Shown piece by piece: positions 26,616 to 37,212 of a stretch of DNA of 58,557 bases. The stretch lies in UHGV virus genome UHGV-0155918; one strand, 5' to 3'. The DNA comes from a virus. The notes under the pieces are model-generated. The model was not told the origin of the DNA. It saw only the letters and a list, made by a program, of their open reading frames with translations, and made no database searches. Each line of letters starts with the position of its first letter. The stretch's first letter is position 1. Position numbers and translations under genes: made by a program.

Positions 26616-27497
26616 ATGCGAACATATTATATCTACAAAGCAACAAATAAAATAAACGGAAAATCTTATGTCGGTCAAACTTGTGATTTTCATAGCAGAG
26701 TGTGGCAACATCAAAGGTGCTACGAAAAAGAAGATTGCGACTTTCATAGAGCAATTAAAGAATTCGGGTTTGACAACTTCTCATGGGAAATCATCGAAAC
26801 GTGTGAAAGCGAAGATGGAGCCTGTGAGTTGGAAAAGTATTACATTGAAAAATTTAACACCTATCGAGATGGCTATAATATGACCAAAGGTGGGAAAGGC
26901 GCGCCGTATCATAACGCCAGGGCAGTTGTTTTGCTGACGCTTGACGGACGGTACATTAAGCGTTATGATAGTGCAATGGATGCAGAAATTGACGGATTTA
27001 ATAATACGGATGTTCTGCTTAATTGTAAAGGAAAAAGGCGGCAGACAAAGGGCTATATGTTCATGTTTGAGGATGAGTATGAATCAAACGGAGCGAAAAC
27101 CTATAGAAAGCCGGAACCTAACGGAATGAGAAGCATTATTCAATGTGATATGGAAGGAAATTTTATACAGAAATTTAAAAGTTTGCAGGAGGCGGCTAGG
27201 ATTACCGGAGCAAATAGAACAACTATTTCCGGTGTGCTTTCAAATACCTATAAGTCGGCAAATGGATATATTTTTGTATACGAAGAAGATTTTCCAATAA
27301 AAGATTTGAGCATCTATAAAAAGCGCAAAAAAGGAAGAAAAATTGCGCAAGTGGATGCGAAAACCAGAGAGATTATAAGAGTGTTCGATAGAATATCCGA
27401 AGCAGGGGAATCTCTTGGAGTTAATTACAAAGCAATACATAATGTAATTGACCAAGAGGGGCGAACTGCTTATGGTTATAAGTGGATAAGTCAATAA
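26616..27497 (+). CDS. GIY-YIG homing endonuclease with NUMOD1-type repeats
   Basis: YIYKATNKINGKSYVGQT, GYNMTKGG; three repeats like IQCDMEGNFIQKFKSLQEAA...ANGYIF. Confidence 0.92.
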   Translation: MRTYYIYKATNKINGKSYVGQTCDFHSRVWQHQRCYEKEDCDFHRAIKEFGFDNFSWEIIETCESEDGACELEKYYIEKFNTYRDGYNMTKGGKGAPYHNARAVVLLTLDGRYIKRYDSAMDAEIDGFNNTDVLLNCKGKRRQTKGYMFMFEDEYESNGAKTYRKPEPNGMRSIIQCDMEGNFIQKFKSLQEAARITGANRTTISGVLSNTYKSANGYIFVYEEDFPIKDLSIYKKRKKGRKIAQVDAKTREIIRVFDRISEAGESLGVNYKAIHNVIDQEGRTAYGYKWISQ

Positions 27498-27706
27498 GCT
27501 AATACCGAGATAAGGCTATAAAATAAAAGTTATAGCACATTGTAGAGCGTAGGGATTGAACCTATGCTCTTTTCTTATGGAAAGAGTGTAGAATATAATA
27601 TCCCCAAGAGTATCCGACAGCCACAATGCTGTGGTTGAAAATGTACGCCGAACTTATGGGAAACCATAAGAAGTAGAGGATAAAAAGCCTTTACGATAAC
27701 ATATTG

Positions 27707-30313
27707 ACATGGCATAACCAGATAACCATGCTTAGAGAGAACTTCAAAGCACTTGGAGCGGTTGTTGGTGGTGGTTTAATCAATGCATTCAAGCCATTTA
27801 TCAAGGTACTTAATTCAGTTCTGCAAAAGGTTATTTCCTTCGCAGAGATGGTAACAAATGCTTTAGGTTCTATCTTCGGATGGAAGTATGAAGCAAGCAA
27901 AGGGGCAGGAATCAGCGGTCTTGCTGATGATATTGGAAGCGCATCTGACGGCATGGACGATTTAAGTGATGCCGCAGGAAGCGCAGGGAAAAACACAGGC
28001 GGTATCGCAAAGAATGCCAAGAAAGCAAAAAAGGAAATCCAGCAGGCAACTCGTGCATTTGATGAATTAAAGGTTATTTCAAAACAAAGTAAAGATAATA
28101 CTTCCGGTTCCGGGAATAAAGGTTCTGGTTCTGGATCTGGTTCAGGTGCTGGTGGCGGCACCGGTGCTGATGGTGGATTAGTTCAGACGGACACCATCTT
28201 TAAGAAATTCAAAAGCAAAATCAAAGACCTTGAACAGTTGGGAGAGTCTATTTCCGGTGCGTTAATTAACGCAATGAAAAAAATTAAATGGGAAAAAGTG
28301 TATGCAAAAGCTGAAGGCTTTGGAAGGGGATTAGCCAAATTCCTTAACGGACTATTTAAAGGGCAAAAAGGAACAACGCTTTTCGGAGAAACCGGAAAAC
28401 TGATCGCAAATTCATTAAACACGGTGCTTCATGGATTGGATTCGTTTGGAACGACATTTAATTGGAAGCAATTTGGAAATTCAATCGCAGACGGAATAAA
28501 CAAGTTTTTCCAAAACTTTGACTTTGCATTATTGGCTAAAACGCTTAATGCATGGGCGCAAGGGGCATTTGATGCGGTCACTACGGCATTAAGTAAAATT
28601 TCTTGGAAGGATGTTTGGAAAGGTGTCAAGGAGTTTTTAAGCAACCTAGACGTAAAGACGGTTGCGATTATCATCGGTGCGCTGACAATCAAAAAAATTC
28701 TTGGATTACATCTTGCAAAAACCGCACTTGATATAATCGGAACTTCCATTTCAAAAGCAATAGCTGGTTCACTTGCATCAAGGCTTGGCGTTGAAATTGC
28801 GGCAAATGAGGGAATCTCGGCAGTATTGTCTACCGCTTTGTCAAAAAAAATAGGTGGGGCGTTTGCTACACTTGGAACAACTGTTTCAGCTGGTGTCAAA
28901 GCTTTATTCGGTAGCGGTGCGGCAGAGAGCGCACTTTCTTTTATCAGCCCGGTAGCAAAAGCTATAACCGGGATTGGCTCTGTTGCGATTGGCGCATTTA
29001 CTGCAATATCAAACTTTGTGACCATGTTAAAGAACGGATTCAGTTGGCTTAATGAAGCACTTATGCTTGTCGGAGTTACGATTACGGCAGTCGGAGCGGT
29101 TATTTTAGGGGTAGCGGCAGCACCTGCAGCGATTACCGCAGGAATAGTAGCCGGTGTTGCAACGGCGGCTGTAGTAGTCAAGGATCATTGGAAAGAAATA
29201 AAAGGAATTTTCTCAAAAGCAGGAGATTGGTTTAATACTAATGTGATTAAGCCAATAAGCGGTTTTTTTAAGGGATTATGGGAATCTGTTTCCGGTTTTT
29301 TCTCTTCTTTATGGAAAGATATATCCGGTGTATGGAAAACAGTTTCTGGATGGTTCAATACTAATGTTATAACTCCTATTGTTTCATTTTTCCAAGGATT
29401 TTCGAAAAGAGTTGGTCAAATCTTTGAAGGATTGTGGATCATTGTCAAGGCTGTATGGATTGTTGTTTCTGATTGGTTTAAATCAAAGGTAATAGAGCCA
29501 ATAAAGAAGAATTTTGAATTATTGAAATCGGCAGTATCAACTGCATTCAAGGTTCTATGGACAACTGTAAAATCGGTATGGGCGGTGGTTTCCGGTTGGT
29601 TTAAGGAGCATGTTACAACACCTATCAAGAATGCTTTTAGCTCAGCAAAAGAATCTATTCAGAAAGCTTTTAGCGCGGCAAAGACAGCGGTAACCGGGGC
29701 GTGGAATAGTGTTTCTAGTTGGTTTAAAGAACATGTAACCACCCCGATAAAAAACGCTTTCTCGAAGATGAAAGAAAGTGTAGCTGAAATATTCAGCAAA
29801 TTATGGAATAGCGTGAAAAGTGGTGTTGCCGGGGCAATGAACACCGTAATTTCAAGAATTGAAACAGCAATAAATTCATTGATCGGTGGAGTGAATACCG
29901 TTTTGAGAGGGTTCAACAGTGTTGTTTCTGCGGCGGCTAAAGTAGCAAAGGTAAAGTGGAGCGGAGTCGATCTTGTGCCGAAAGTGAGCCTACCTAAAGT
30001 AAAGGCTTATGCAACGGGCGGTTTTATGGATAAATATAGCATAGCAACAGTTGGAGAAAATGGACTTCCGGAAATTATGGGAACAGTCGGAGGTAAGCCA
30101 GCGGTCGCAGGAAGCCAAGAAATTACCGGAATCAAAGATGCTATCAATTCAACATCTGCGCAAGAGGTTTCCTTACTGCGACAACAAAATCAGTTATTAC
30201 AAGCTATTTTACAGAAAAATTTCGGAATTACTACAAACGACATAGGAAAAGCTGCAAGGGATTATGGTAGAGAACATTACAATCGAACCGGAGACAATGT
30301 ATATGTTTTTTAG
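27707..30313 (+). CDS. tape measure protein, exon 2 (spliced product 1257 aa)
   Basis: Trp/Phe periodic helical repeats, TM stretch, YATGG...VGENGLPE C-terminal motif. Confidence 0.9.
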   Translation, partial: TWHNQITMLRENFKALGAVVGGGLINAFKPFIKVLNSVLQKVISFAEMVTNALGSIFGWKYEASKGAGISGLADDIGSASDGMDDLSDAAGSAGKNTGGIAKNAKKAKKEIQQATRAFDELKVISKQSKDNTSGSGNKGSGSGSGSGAGGGTGADGGLVQTDTIFKKFKSKIKDLEQLGESISGALINAMKKIKWEKVYAKAEGFGRGLAKFLNGLFKGQKGTTLFGETGKLIANSLNTVLHGLDSFGTTFNWKQFGNSIADGINKFFQNFDFALLAKTLNAWAQGAFDAVTTALSKISWKDVWKGVKEFLSNLDVKTVAIIIGALTIKKILGLHLAKTALDIIGTSISKAIAGSLASRLGVEIAANEGISAVLSTALSKKIGGAFATLGTTVSAGVKALFGSGAAESALSFISPVAKAITGIGSVAIGAFTAISNFVTMLKNGFSWLNEALMLVGVTITAVGAVILGVAAAPAAITAGIVAGVATAAVVVKDHWKEIKGIFSKAGDWFNTNVIKPISGFFKGLWESVSGFFSSLWKDISGVWKTVSGWFNTNVITPIVSFFQGFSKRVGQIFEGLWIIVKAVWIVVSDWFKSKVIEPIKKNFELLKSAVSTAFKVLWTTVKSVWAVVSGWFKEHVTTPIKNAFSSAKESIQKAFSAAKTAVTGAWNSVSSWFKEHVTTPIKNAFSKMKESVAEIFSKLWNSVKSGVAGAMNTVISRIETAINSLIGGVNTVLRGFNSVVSAAAKVAKVKWSGVDLVPKVSLPKVKAYATGGFMDKYSIATVGENGLPEIMGTVGGKPAVAGSQEITGIKDAINSTSAQEVSLLRQQNQLLQAILQKNFGITTNDIGKAARDYGREHYNRTGDNVYVF

Positions 30314-30375
30314 TGACTTCTATAATAGAACGTGATATAATTCTAAATAAATCATATCACAAGAAAGGAGTCATT

Positions 30376-31290
30376 ATGAGAAACACAAAAAAATTATTAG
30401 TAGCGATGGGATTGGCATTTGCCGTTTTGATTTCGGCTATGCCAATCCAAAATGCAGATGGGGAACAGATTGTTGCACAGGCGGCAACTATCAAATTAAG
30501 CAGAAAGACTCTTAATTTAAAAATTGGAGAATCCGCAACATTAAAGATAAGCGGAATGAGGAAAACTGCTAAATGGAGTAGTGGCAATAAATATGTTGCT
30601 TCTGTAAACAAGTCTGGAAAAGTTCTGGCGGTTGGAGAAGGAACAACGTACGTAAAAGCAAAAATTGCAAAGAAAACGCTTTCTTGCAAAGTTACCGTCA
30701 CTTCTTCCTTTAATGCGAACAAGGTAAAGAAAAACATCTCAATTGAATACCAAGATAGTGGTCATGGAGTTATTGCTATCTTGAAAAACAACAACAAGGT
30801 AAATGTTGATCTGGACGCAAAACTTGTATACTACAAAAACGGTAAAATGCTGGATAGCAAAAGCGATTGTAACAGAGCTTTTGAATCCGGTAAGGAATGT
30901 GTTCTTTATTTTGACGCACCGAGCGATTCTGATTATAACGATGTTTCTTATGATAACTATAAAATGTCGTTGAGTGTTGATGAAGCAACAAATGCTGTTT
31001 GTGATGTTCGCAATATAATGGTTCAATCGGACATTGGAGCAGATAATGTTACGGTTGAAGCTACAAACGATTCCGGGAAAGATTTTTCATTTGTGAAAAT
31101 TTCTTGCTTAATGTATGATGCATCTGGCAACTTGATCAAATATGATTATCATTATGCAGAATGTGAAAAGAATGGAGACACCGATTATTTCTCGTTTAGT
31201 TTTCCGTACGATTCAAATTACGATACGATTTATCCGAGCAGTTATAAGATATATGTTGATGAAGCATATACATATACTTGGTTACAATAA
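30376..31290 (+). CDS. secreted/surface Ig-like (Big_2) domain protein, moron
   Basis: Signal peptide MRNTKKLLVAMGLAFAVL; LSRKTLNLKIGESATLKI..KWSSGNKYVASVNKSGKVLAVGEG; own terminator at about 31314-31337. Confidence 0.85.
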   Translation: MRNTKKLLVAMGLAFAVLISAMPIQNADGEQIVAQAATIKLSRKTLNLKIGESATLKISGMRKTAKWSSGNKYVASVNKSGKVLAVGEGTTYVKAKIAKKTLSCKVTVTSSFNANKVKKNISIEYQDSGHGVIAILKNNNKVNVDLDAKLVYYKNGKMLDSKSDCNRAFESGKECVLYFDAPSDSDYNDVSYDNYKMSLSVDEATNAVCDVRNIMVQSDIGADNVTVEATNDSGKDFSFVKISCLMYDASGNLIKYDYHYAECEKNGDTDYFSFSFPYDSNYDTIYPSSYKIYVDEAYTYTWLQ

Positions 31291-31523
31291 AAATTGAAAG
31301 ATAAATGATATTTAAGCCGTGGAAACACGGCTTATTTTAATCCCAAAAGCTGATTGACACAAAATCAAAAATAGTCTATCCTTATTACTAAGGAAACAAC
31401 CTTATCCGTGAAGAAGCGGATTATTTACTTGAACGCCATACTGTACGAAAGAGGAAACCAATGTGATTTCACAAGTGGCTTCCTCTTTTTTATTCAGATA
31501 AAAATGTATGGAGGTAGACACGA

Positions 31524-32327
31524 ATGAAAAAATCACAACTTATGCTTAAGATTCAAAACGGCATTAAGGTATTTGAAAATCCGATATTCGGACAGATTAG
31601 AATGGCCATGGTCGATGATGAACCGATGTTTTGCCTTATTGATGTTTGCAGGGCATTGGAAATTAAAAATGCTACAGACGTAGCAAAAAGGCTTGATGAA
31701 GATGAACTGACTAGATTAAATCTAGGCGGTCGTGCAGGAGAATCAAATTTCATTACAGAGAGCGGCTTATATGCAGTTATCGTTCGGAGCGACAAGCCGA
31801 ATGCCAGGAAGTTTCGCAAGTGGGTAACATCCGAGGTTCTCCCTACAATCCGTAAAACAGGTGGGTATGTCAATAATGATGAATTATTTATTTCTACTTA
31901 CCTACCATATGCAGATGAAAACACTAAACTGATATTTTCACAGACATTAAAAACTGTTAGAGAGCAGAATGAAACCATTAAAAGACAGCAGAAAGAAATC
32001 ATCCATAAGGAAGATGTTATTATCGGACTTGTTGATGATATTGACTTGGCGACCAAGAGACAGCGGATAACGCAGATTGTCCGTTTTGGTGCCGATGGAA
32101 AGTATCAAGAACGCTATTCATTGCTTTATGGAGAATTTGAAAGGAAATATCACTGCAACCTTAAATCAAGGATGGAAGGGTGCACACTCAAACCGAAAGT
32201 AAGAAACAAGATGGATTATATCGACAGGGAAATGGGAATGATTCCGCAGTTGTACGAAATCGCTTGCAAACTTTTTGAAAACGATGTAGAAAAGCTGAAA
32301 TCTGAATGGGAATCAGTAGTAGCTTAA
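31524..32327 (+). CDS. BRO-N domain antirepressor-like protein
   Basis: FENPIFGQIR, FCLIDVCRAL, FITESGLYAVIVRSDKPNARKFRKWVTSEVLPTIRKTGGY. Confidence 0.92.
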   Translation: MKKSQLMLKIQNGIKVFENPIFGQIRMAMVDDEPMFCLIDVCRALEIKNATDVAKRLDEDELTRLNLGGRAGESNFITESGLYAVIVRSDKPNARKFRKWVTSEVLPTIRKTGGYVNNDELFISTYLPYADENTKLIFSQTLKTVREQNETIKRQQKEIIHKEDVIIGLVDDIDLATKRQRITQIVRFGADGKYQERYSLLYGEFERKYHCNLKSRMEGCTLKPKVRNKMDYIDREMGMIPQLYEIACKLFENDVEKLKSEWESVVA

Positions 32328-32398
32328 AATTTAATCAAATGGATAGCATCTACCAAACGGTAGGTGCTATTTTTATACCCATTTTTAGGAGGTAAACG

Positions 32399-32815
32399 AT
32401 GGGATATGGTGGATATTTAGTAAAGTTTGGCAATTATACCATACCGAACAGTTTAATAAAGCAGGACACGTTTAGTTCCTATGTGAACATGCAGGACAAA
32501 GACCCATGGACGGATGAAAACGGATATGAGCATCGTGATGCCGTGGAACTGAAAGCTTTAAAGGTCGAGTTTGAAACCAAAGCCATGCTGACTGAAAAGC
32601 AGTTTGATGATTTTTGGAAGAACATAGAAAAGAACTATACCAAGGCAAAGGAGCGCGGTGGATATATCACGGCATACGTGCCGGAGAAACGCGGATATGT
32701 GACACAGTACGGATATATTGCTGACATTCAGCCTACGTTCTATTCTGTGGCACATGGGAAGATAAAATATGACCCAATCAAATTTTCGTTTGTAGGTGGT
32801 GTGTATGATAAATAG
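32399..32815 (+). CDS. distal tail (Dit)-like protein
   Basis: WTDENGYEHRD; position after TMP. Confidence 0.7.
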   Translation: MGYGGYLVKFGNYTIPNSLIKQDTFSSYVNMQDKDPWTDENGYEHRDAVELKALKVEFETKAMLTEKQFDDFWKNIEKNYTKAKERGGYITAYVPEKRGYVTQYGYIADIQPTFYSVAHGKIKYDPIKFSFVGGVYDK

Positions 32816-35063
32816 TAGTTTGAAAGAAAAGTATTGGGATTCCTCGACAGATAAACAGATGGTCATATCTGTTGTTGGAACGAATCAAAAAATAGACAAT
32901 TCGATGCTTGAAATCGGTACGTTTGCGCTTGAAGAAAGTCTTTGTTCGGAATCTGAATTAAAGTTTGGAGCGTGCGAAGCGAATTGTGTAAAATTCACAG
33001 CACGAAACACCGCAGGAAACATTATTGGAAAGACAATCTCTATCGAAGAAACGATTGGTGGAGATAGCGAAAATCCGATGCCATACGGAGTTTTTAAGGT
33101 TGCATCCGATGTTCCTACGGCTGACCGTACAAAACGGCAGATTACGGCATATGACGCAATGTACGACATTATCAATACAGATGTAAAGTCTTGGTATGCA
33201 GGACTTAGCTTTCCAATGACACTTAAGCAGTTCCGCAATAGTTTCTTTGCGCATCTTGGAATTGCGCAAGTTGAAACAAGCCTTGTCAATGATTCCATGA
33301 CGGTCAATAAGACGATTGTAGCCACACAGACGGACGATTCAAGCGCGGTCACAGAAGAGTCTGCTATCAGTGGAAAAACCGTTGTAACGGCAATCTGTGA
33401 GATTAACGGATGCTTTGGAAATATCAACCGAGAGGGCAAGTTTGAGTATATCTTTCTGAAAGCAATCACAAGCGCGCTTTATCCGGCAGAAGATTTATTT
33501 CCGTCTGACAATTTATTTCCGTCTGACGCAAACACAGAGTCTATGACCGGACACTACATCGCGTTTGATTATGAGGACTTTCAAAGCAAGGAAATTACAC
33601 AGCTAGAAATCAAGACAAGTGAAGATAATGCCGGTGCTATTGTTGGAAATGCCGGAAACAACTATTCTATTACAGGAAACTTCCTTGTATCAGACAAGAC
33701 CGGAGCGGAGCTGGAACAGATTGCAAATAACCTATTGCCTATTATGGCACAGGCGGCATACACACCGATTAAAAGTTGCACCTGTGTCGGAAATCCATGT
33801 CTGACACTTGGGGAACCAATCCGATTCAATACCACGAGAGAGATTGTTGAAACGTATCTATTGCAACGCACTTTAACCGGAGTACAAAGCAAGAGAGATT
33901 CAATCTCGGCACAGGGAACGCAGACGCACTCTGCAAAGGTCAATTCTATCAGAGACACGATTGAAAGCGTGGAAAGACGTACCGGAAAGCTAGAGAGGAA
34001 CGCAGACCATCTTCAATCCACGTATGAGGATTTAGAGGAACAGACAAATACCAAGTTTGAGCAGACCGCAAAAAGCATTTCTGCAGAAGTCAACCGCGCA
34101 CAAAAAGCAGAGGGACAATTAGACGCATCATTGGAATTGAAACTTGGAAGAGATGAAAACGACCAAGTCGTTTCGATGATTAATGCAAGTGCCGACCAGA
34201 TTACGCTTAGCGGAAACAGACTCATAGTCAACAGCAATAACTTCCAGCTTGATGGCGATGGCCGAGTGTCAATCGTTGATTCATTGAACTTTATTGCAAC
34301 GTCACAAGGAGATGACCTTGTAATTATTGGTCTCGATGCAAGAGGAAGGCCAATGCTGCAGAACATACGCATCGATCTAAACTCTGTAACAGATCAAGAT
34401 GGTGTAGCCATAGGTGACCATGCTAGCACTGCAGATCATGCAACAACAGCAGATTCAGCAACAACTGCAGAAAGTGCAAGGCAGTGTATAATGGCATCAA
34501 CCGCGCATTATTTGCAAGGTATTGGACTATCCGATTATGTACGAATTTCAGGCAACGGAAATTTAATTCCAAGCTCTAGTTCTGTGTACTGTGGAACTAA
34601 CCCCAATCCATTTGCCGGAGGGTATTCTTCCGGTGGTTGGAAAACAACGTCTGATGGCAGGAAGAAAAAAGATTTCCGAAAACTGTTAGAGGATGATCGG
34701 TTTGAGAGATTTTTCGAGTTGCTACAACCGATGGAATATCGGCTCATAGAAAATGATGATAAAACGCACATTGGATTTGTTGCACAGGATGTCGAACAGG
34801 CAATGACGGATTGTGACATATCTGAAAATGAGTTTTACGGACTGGAACATGCGGTATTCTCCGAAAAAGATTTTGAATCTAATGAGGAATGGGAAAAATT
34901 CTTAGAGCAGAATGGTGGCGAAAATGATATGTATACATTGTGCTACCAAGAGTTTATCGCTTTAAATACTGTCATGATACAGAAACTGCAGAACAGATGT
35001 AACGATTTTGAACGCAGACTATCCGCGTTAGAAAGGAGTGTGAGCCATGCAGAAAATATATAG
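32805..35063 (+). CDS. tail tip/Tal-like protein with C-terminal peptidase S74 intramolecular chaperone
   Basis: ITAYDAM, GNPCLTLGE; TSDGRKKKD, LQPMEYR, HIGFVAQDVE, YQEFIA...IQKL. Confidence 0.85.
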   Translation: MINSSLKEKYWDSSTDKQMVISVVGTNQKIDNSMLEIGTFALEESLCSESELKFGACEANCVKFTARNTAGNIIGKTISIEETIGGDSENPMPYGVFKVASDVPTADRTKRQITAYDAMYDIINTDVKSWYAGLSFPMTLKQFRNSFFAHLGIAQVETSLVNDSMTVNKTIVATQTDDSSAVTEESAISGKTVVTAICEINGCFGNINREGKFEYIFLKAITSALYPAEDLFPSDNLFPSDANTESMTGHYIAFDYEDFQSKEITQLEIKTSEDNAGAIVGNAGNNYSITGNFLVSDKTGAELEQIANNLLPIMAQAAYTPIKSCTCVGNPCLTLGEPIRFNTTREIVETYLLQRTLTGVQSKRDSISAQGTQTHSAKVNSIRDTIESVERRTGKLERNADHLQSTYEDLEEQTNTKFEQTAKSISAEVNRAQKAEGQLDASLELKLGRDENDQVVSMINASADQITLSGNRLIVNSNNFQLDGDGRVSIVDSLNFIATSQGDDLVIIGLDARGRPMLQNIRIDLNSVTDQDGVAIGDHASTADHATTADSATTAESARQCIMASTAHYLQGIGLSDYVRISGNGNLIPSSSSVYCGTNPNPFAGGYSSGGWKTTSDGRKKKDFRKLLEDDRFERFFELLQPMEYRLIENDDKTHIGFVAQDVEQAMTDCDISENEFYGLEHAVFSEKDFESNEEWEKFLEQNGGENDMYTLCYQEFIALNTVMIQKLQNRCNDFERRLSALERSVSHAENI

Positions 35064-35778
35064 CCGCATCAATTGGGAGAATCTTCCCAGCGAAAAAACA
35101 GCGGTAAATGAATCTAATCTTAACAAGATGGACTTGGCAATTGACAATCTGGATGATCGTGTGGTTGCTATGGATGCATCCAAAGTTGACTTGACCAAAG
35201 CTAACGAACTTGTAAAGGAAATCCTTTGGGATGAATCCAACGGCACACTGACGGTCGTTAAGATGAATGGTTCCAAGGCGGTCATTGATACCAAGTTGGA
35301 GAAGCTGGCAGTCAACTTCAAGTATGATCCGGAAAGTCAGCAGTTGGTAATCACGCTTGACGATGGCACGGCGCAGAACGTGGACTTATCATCTCTGATT
35401 ACAGAGTATGAATTTCTCGATTCTGATACAATCGCATTTGCAATCGGCAGTGACGGTAAGGTGTCCGCAATCGTGAAAGAGGGAAGTATCCAAGAAAAGC
35501 ATCTGCGCCCGGATTATCTTGCAGATATTAAAGTGGAATCTGCCAAGGCTGTAGCATCTGCCAAAAGTGCAGGAGAGTCCGAAACCAAGGCGGTAGCATC
35601 CGCCACAGATGCCAAGGACAGCGCAGACCGAGCGCAGGGAATCGAAGACGAGATTAACAAGAAACTCGCAATGACAGAATTTGATGTGAATGAGGATGGA
35701 GAGTTGATTTACACGGACAATTCCACTTATAACTTTGTCGTTGATAATGACGGAAATTTGAATTGGGAGGTGGCTTAG
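35047..35778 (+). CDS. baseplate/tail fibre-associated protein
   Basis: INWENLPSEKTAVNESNLNKMD N-terminus. Confidence 0.7.
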   Translation: MQKIYSRINWENLPSEKTAVNESNLNKMDLAIDNLDDRVVAMDASKVDLTKANELVKEILWDESNGTLTVVKMNGSKAVIDTKLEKLAVNFKYDPESQQLVITLDDGTAQNVDLSSLITEYEFLDSDTIAFAIGSDGKVSAIVKEGSIQEKHLRPDYLADIKVESAKAVASAKSAGESETKAVASATDAKDSADRAQGIEDEINKKLAMTEFDVNEDGELIYTDNSTYNFVVDNDGNLNWEVA

Positions 35779-35779
35779 A

Positions 35780-36901
35780 ATGGCTATAGCAGGAAGAGTA
35801 GCAATTGTGCCAAAGGATGACTATGACGCATCCTTGATTTACAAACGGTTGGATGCAGTAATGCATAACAACACGCTTTACATTGCGAAAAAGAATGTTC
35901 CGGCAGGGAAAGTACCTGGAGCAGATACAAAAGACTATTGGATGAGCGGACCATCCGCAGGAGCAAGTAAACCAGCGACAACCACATCTAACGGTCTAAT
36001 GTCCGCAACCGACAAAAAAGCAATTGAGGTTTTGAAAAAACCGCTGGCTACTTGCGCGACCGGTCGAGCTACGGCGGCTAAAGTTGCAACATTGGCAAAC
36101 TTTGTATTACAAGTCGGTACGAGCATTGCGGTTAAATTTACGGATACGGTGGGCACAGCAAATCCAACAACCGGGAACCTTACACTTAATGTAAATGGCA
36201 CCGGGGCGAAAACTATAGGATATGTTCGAAACGGGAATAAGGCGGCTATTTCTTATGCAAGCGGAAATTTCTTCTATAATAATGCGACCCATATATTTAC
36301 TTATGATGGTACATTTTGGTTGTGCATGGACTGGAATGCTGATAATAACACAACATATTCTAATTTTGTAAAATCAGGTGCTGGTGCGAAAGCCGGTCTA
36401 GTTCCTGCACCATCGACTACAGCAGGAACGAGTAAATATCTAAGAGAAGATGGCACATGGCAAACACCACCGGACACGAAAACAAGTGTAGTGAATAATC
36501 AGACAACCACGGTTGCCGGATATGCGTTAGACGCGCGGCAGGCGAACCCAAATATTGATGGGACGCTTGCAAAGCAGATAAGTGATTTAAACGGCAGTTT
36601 AGAGATACAAGGAGAAAAGTATTGTACACTGGTGGATGCAACTGGTAGTGCATCATATATCCGTAATGGGTTCATGGCACAGGTGATAATGGAAATAACA
36701 CCAACCAAACTAGAAAATGGTGCAATTCTTTTGAAAGGATTGCCAAGACCACAAAAGTATATATATATGACGCTACCAGCAATTAACGGTAACAACATAC
36801 CATGCGTTATAAATGCTAATGGAGAACTTGTAATATATTATCAATATGATGGAAACAGTATTTCGAGAATAGACCATATCTTTTGGTATATGTGTAACTG
36901 A
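35780..36901 (+). CDS. tail fibre/receptor-binding protein (C-terminus variant A)
   Basis: ATTTSNGLMSATDK, TLNVNGTGAKTI, AGLVPAP...YLREDGTW, GYALDARQ motifs. Confidence 0.85.
   Translation: MAIAGRVAIVPKDDYDASLIYKRLDAVMHNNTLYIAKKNVPAGKVPGADTKDYWMSGPSAGASKPATTTSNGLMSATDKKAIEVLKKPLATCATGRATAAKVATLANFVLQVGTSIAVKFTDTVGTANPTTGNLTLNVNGTGAKTIGYVRNGNKAAISYASGNFFYNNATHIFTYDGTFWLCMDWNADNNTTYSNFVKSGAGAKAGLVPAPSTTAGTSKYLREDGTWQTPPDTKTSVVNNQTTTVAGYALDARQANPNIDGTLAKQISDLNGSLEIQGEKYCTLVDATGSASYIRNGFMAQVIMEITPTKLENGAILLKGLPRPQKYIYMTLPAINGNNIPCVINANGELVIYYQYDGNSISRIDHIFWYMCN
36587..36601 (+). repeat. inversion site left (TTAAACGGCAGTTTA)
   Basis: Perfect 15-bp inverted repeat of 37198-37212; encodes LNGSL within the fibre. 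Confidence 0.85.
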
Positions 36902-36927
36902 TAAGGCTAATAAAGTTGCACTAAATA

Positions 36928-37212
36928 TCATGAAATAATATTCCAATTCCCCCAAGTTCCTGCATCTTTAGTACGAACAGCTAATTTGCCATTGTATTGC
37001 CCAGCGATAGATACACCAATCTGAACTGCATAGCCACCATTTGCCTCCACAAATGGAATTGTTAAAAGTATCGTGTGAAAATTTGGAAATGGGTTATGGG
37101 TGGAAGTATCATAATTACTGTTTGGCGGCATACGTGTAATCCCAAAATCAGCATCGTTTGCATCTTTTGTTTCTTTAACAGCATAAAATACATTATTTAA
37201 ACTGCCGTTTAA
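36928..37212 (-). other. silent alternative tail-fibre C-terminus (variant B)
   Basis: Open frame begins at the repeat: LNGSLNNVFYAVKETKDAND...RTKDAGTWGNWNIIS*. Confidence 0.85.
37198..37212 (-). repeat. inversion site right
   Basis: TAAACTGCCGTTTAA. Confidence 0.85.

Larger units (their letters stand above)
26491..27706 (+). mobile_element. group I intron (1216 nt) with homing endonuclease
   Basis: Exon ends in U and intron ends in G; IGS CATGTGTCG pairs with both exons; P7 GCGTA/TACGC; splicing restores GDFARTAD|TWHNQ in frame. Confidence 0.9.

Noticed and set aside
28429..29181. Long antisense ORFs (also 32885-33469, 44998-45669 and others)
   Set aside because: Shadow frames of well-supported plus-strand genes with no RBS or motifs
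29220..29770. Repeated TGGTTTAA/WFKEHVTTPIKNAFS segments
   Set aside because: Ordinary tape-measure helical repeats
35780..37212. Diversity-generating retroelement acting on the tail fibre
   Set aside because: No reverse transcriptase and no TR/VR pair seen; variation is explained by inversion
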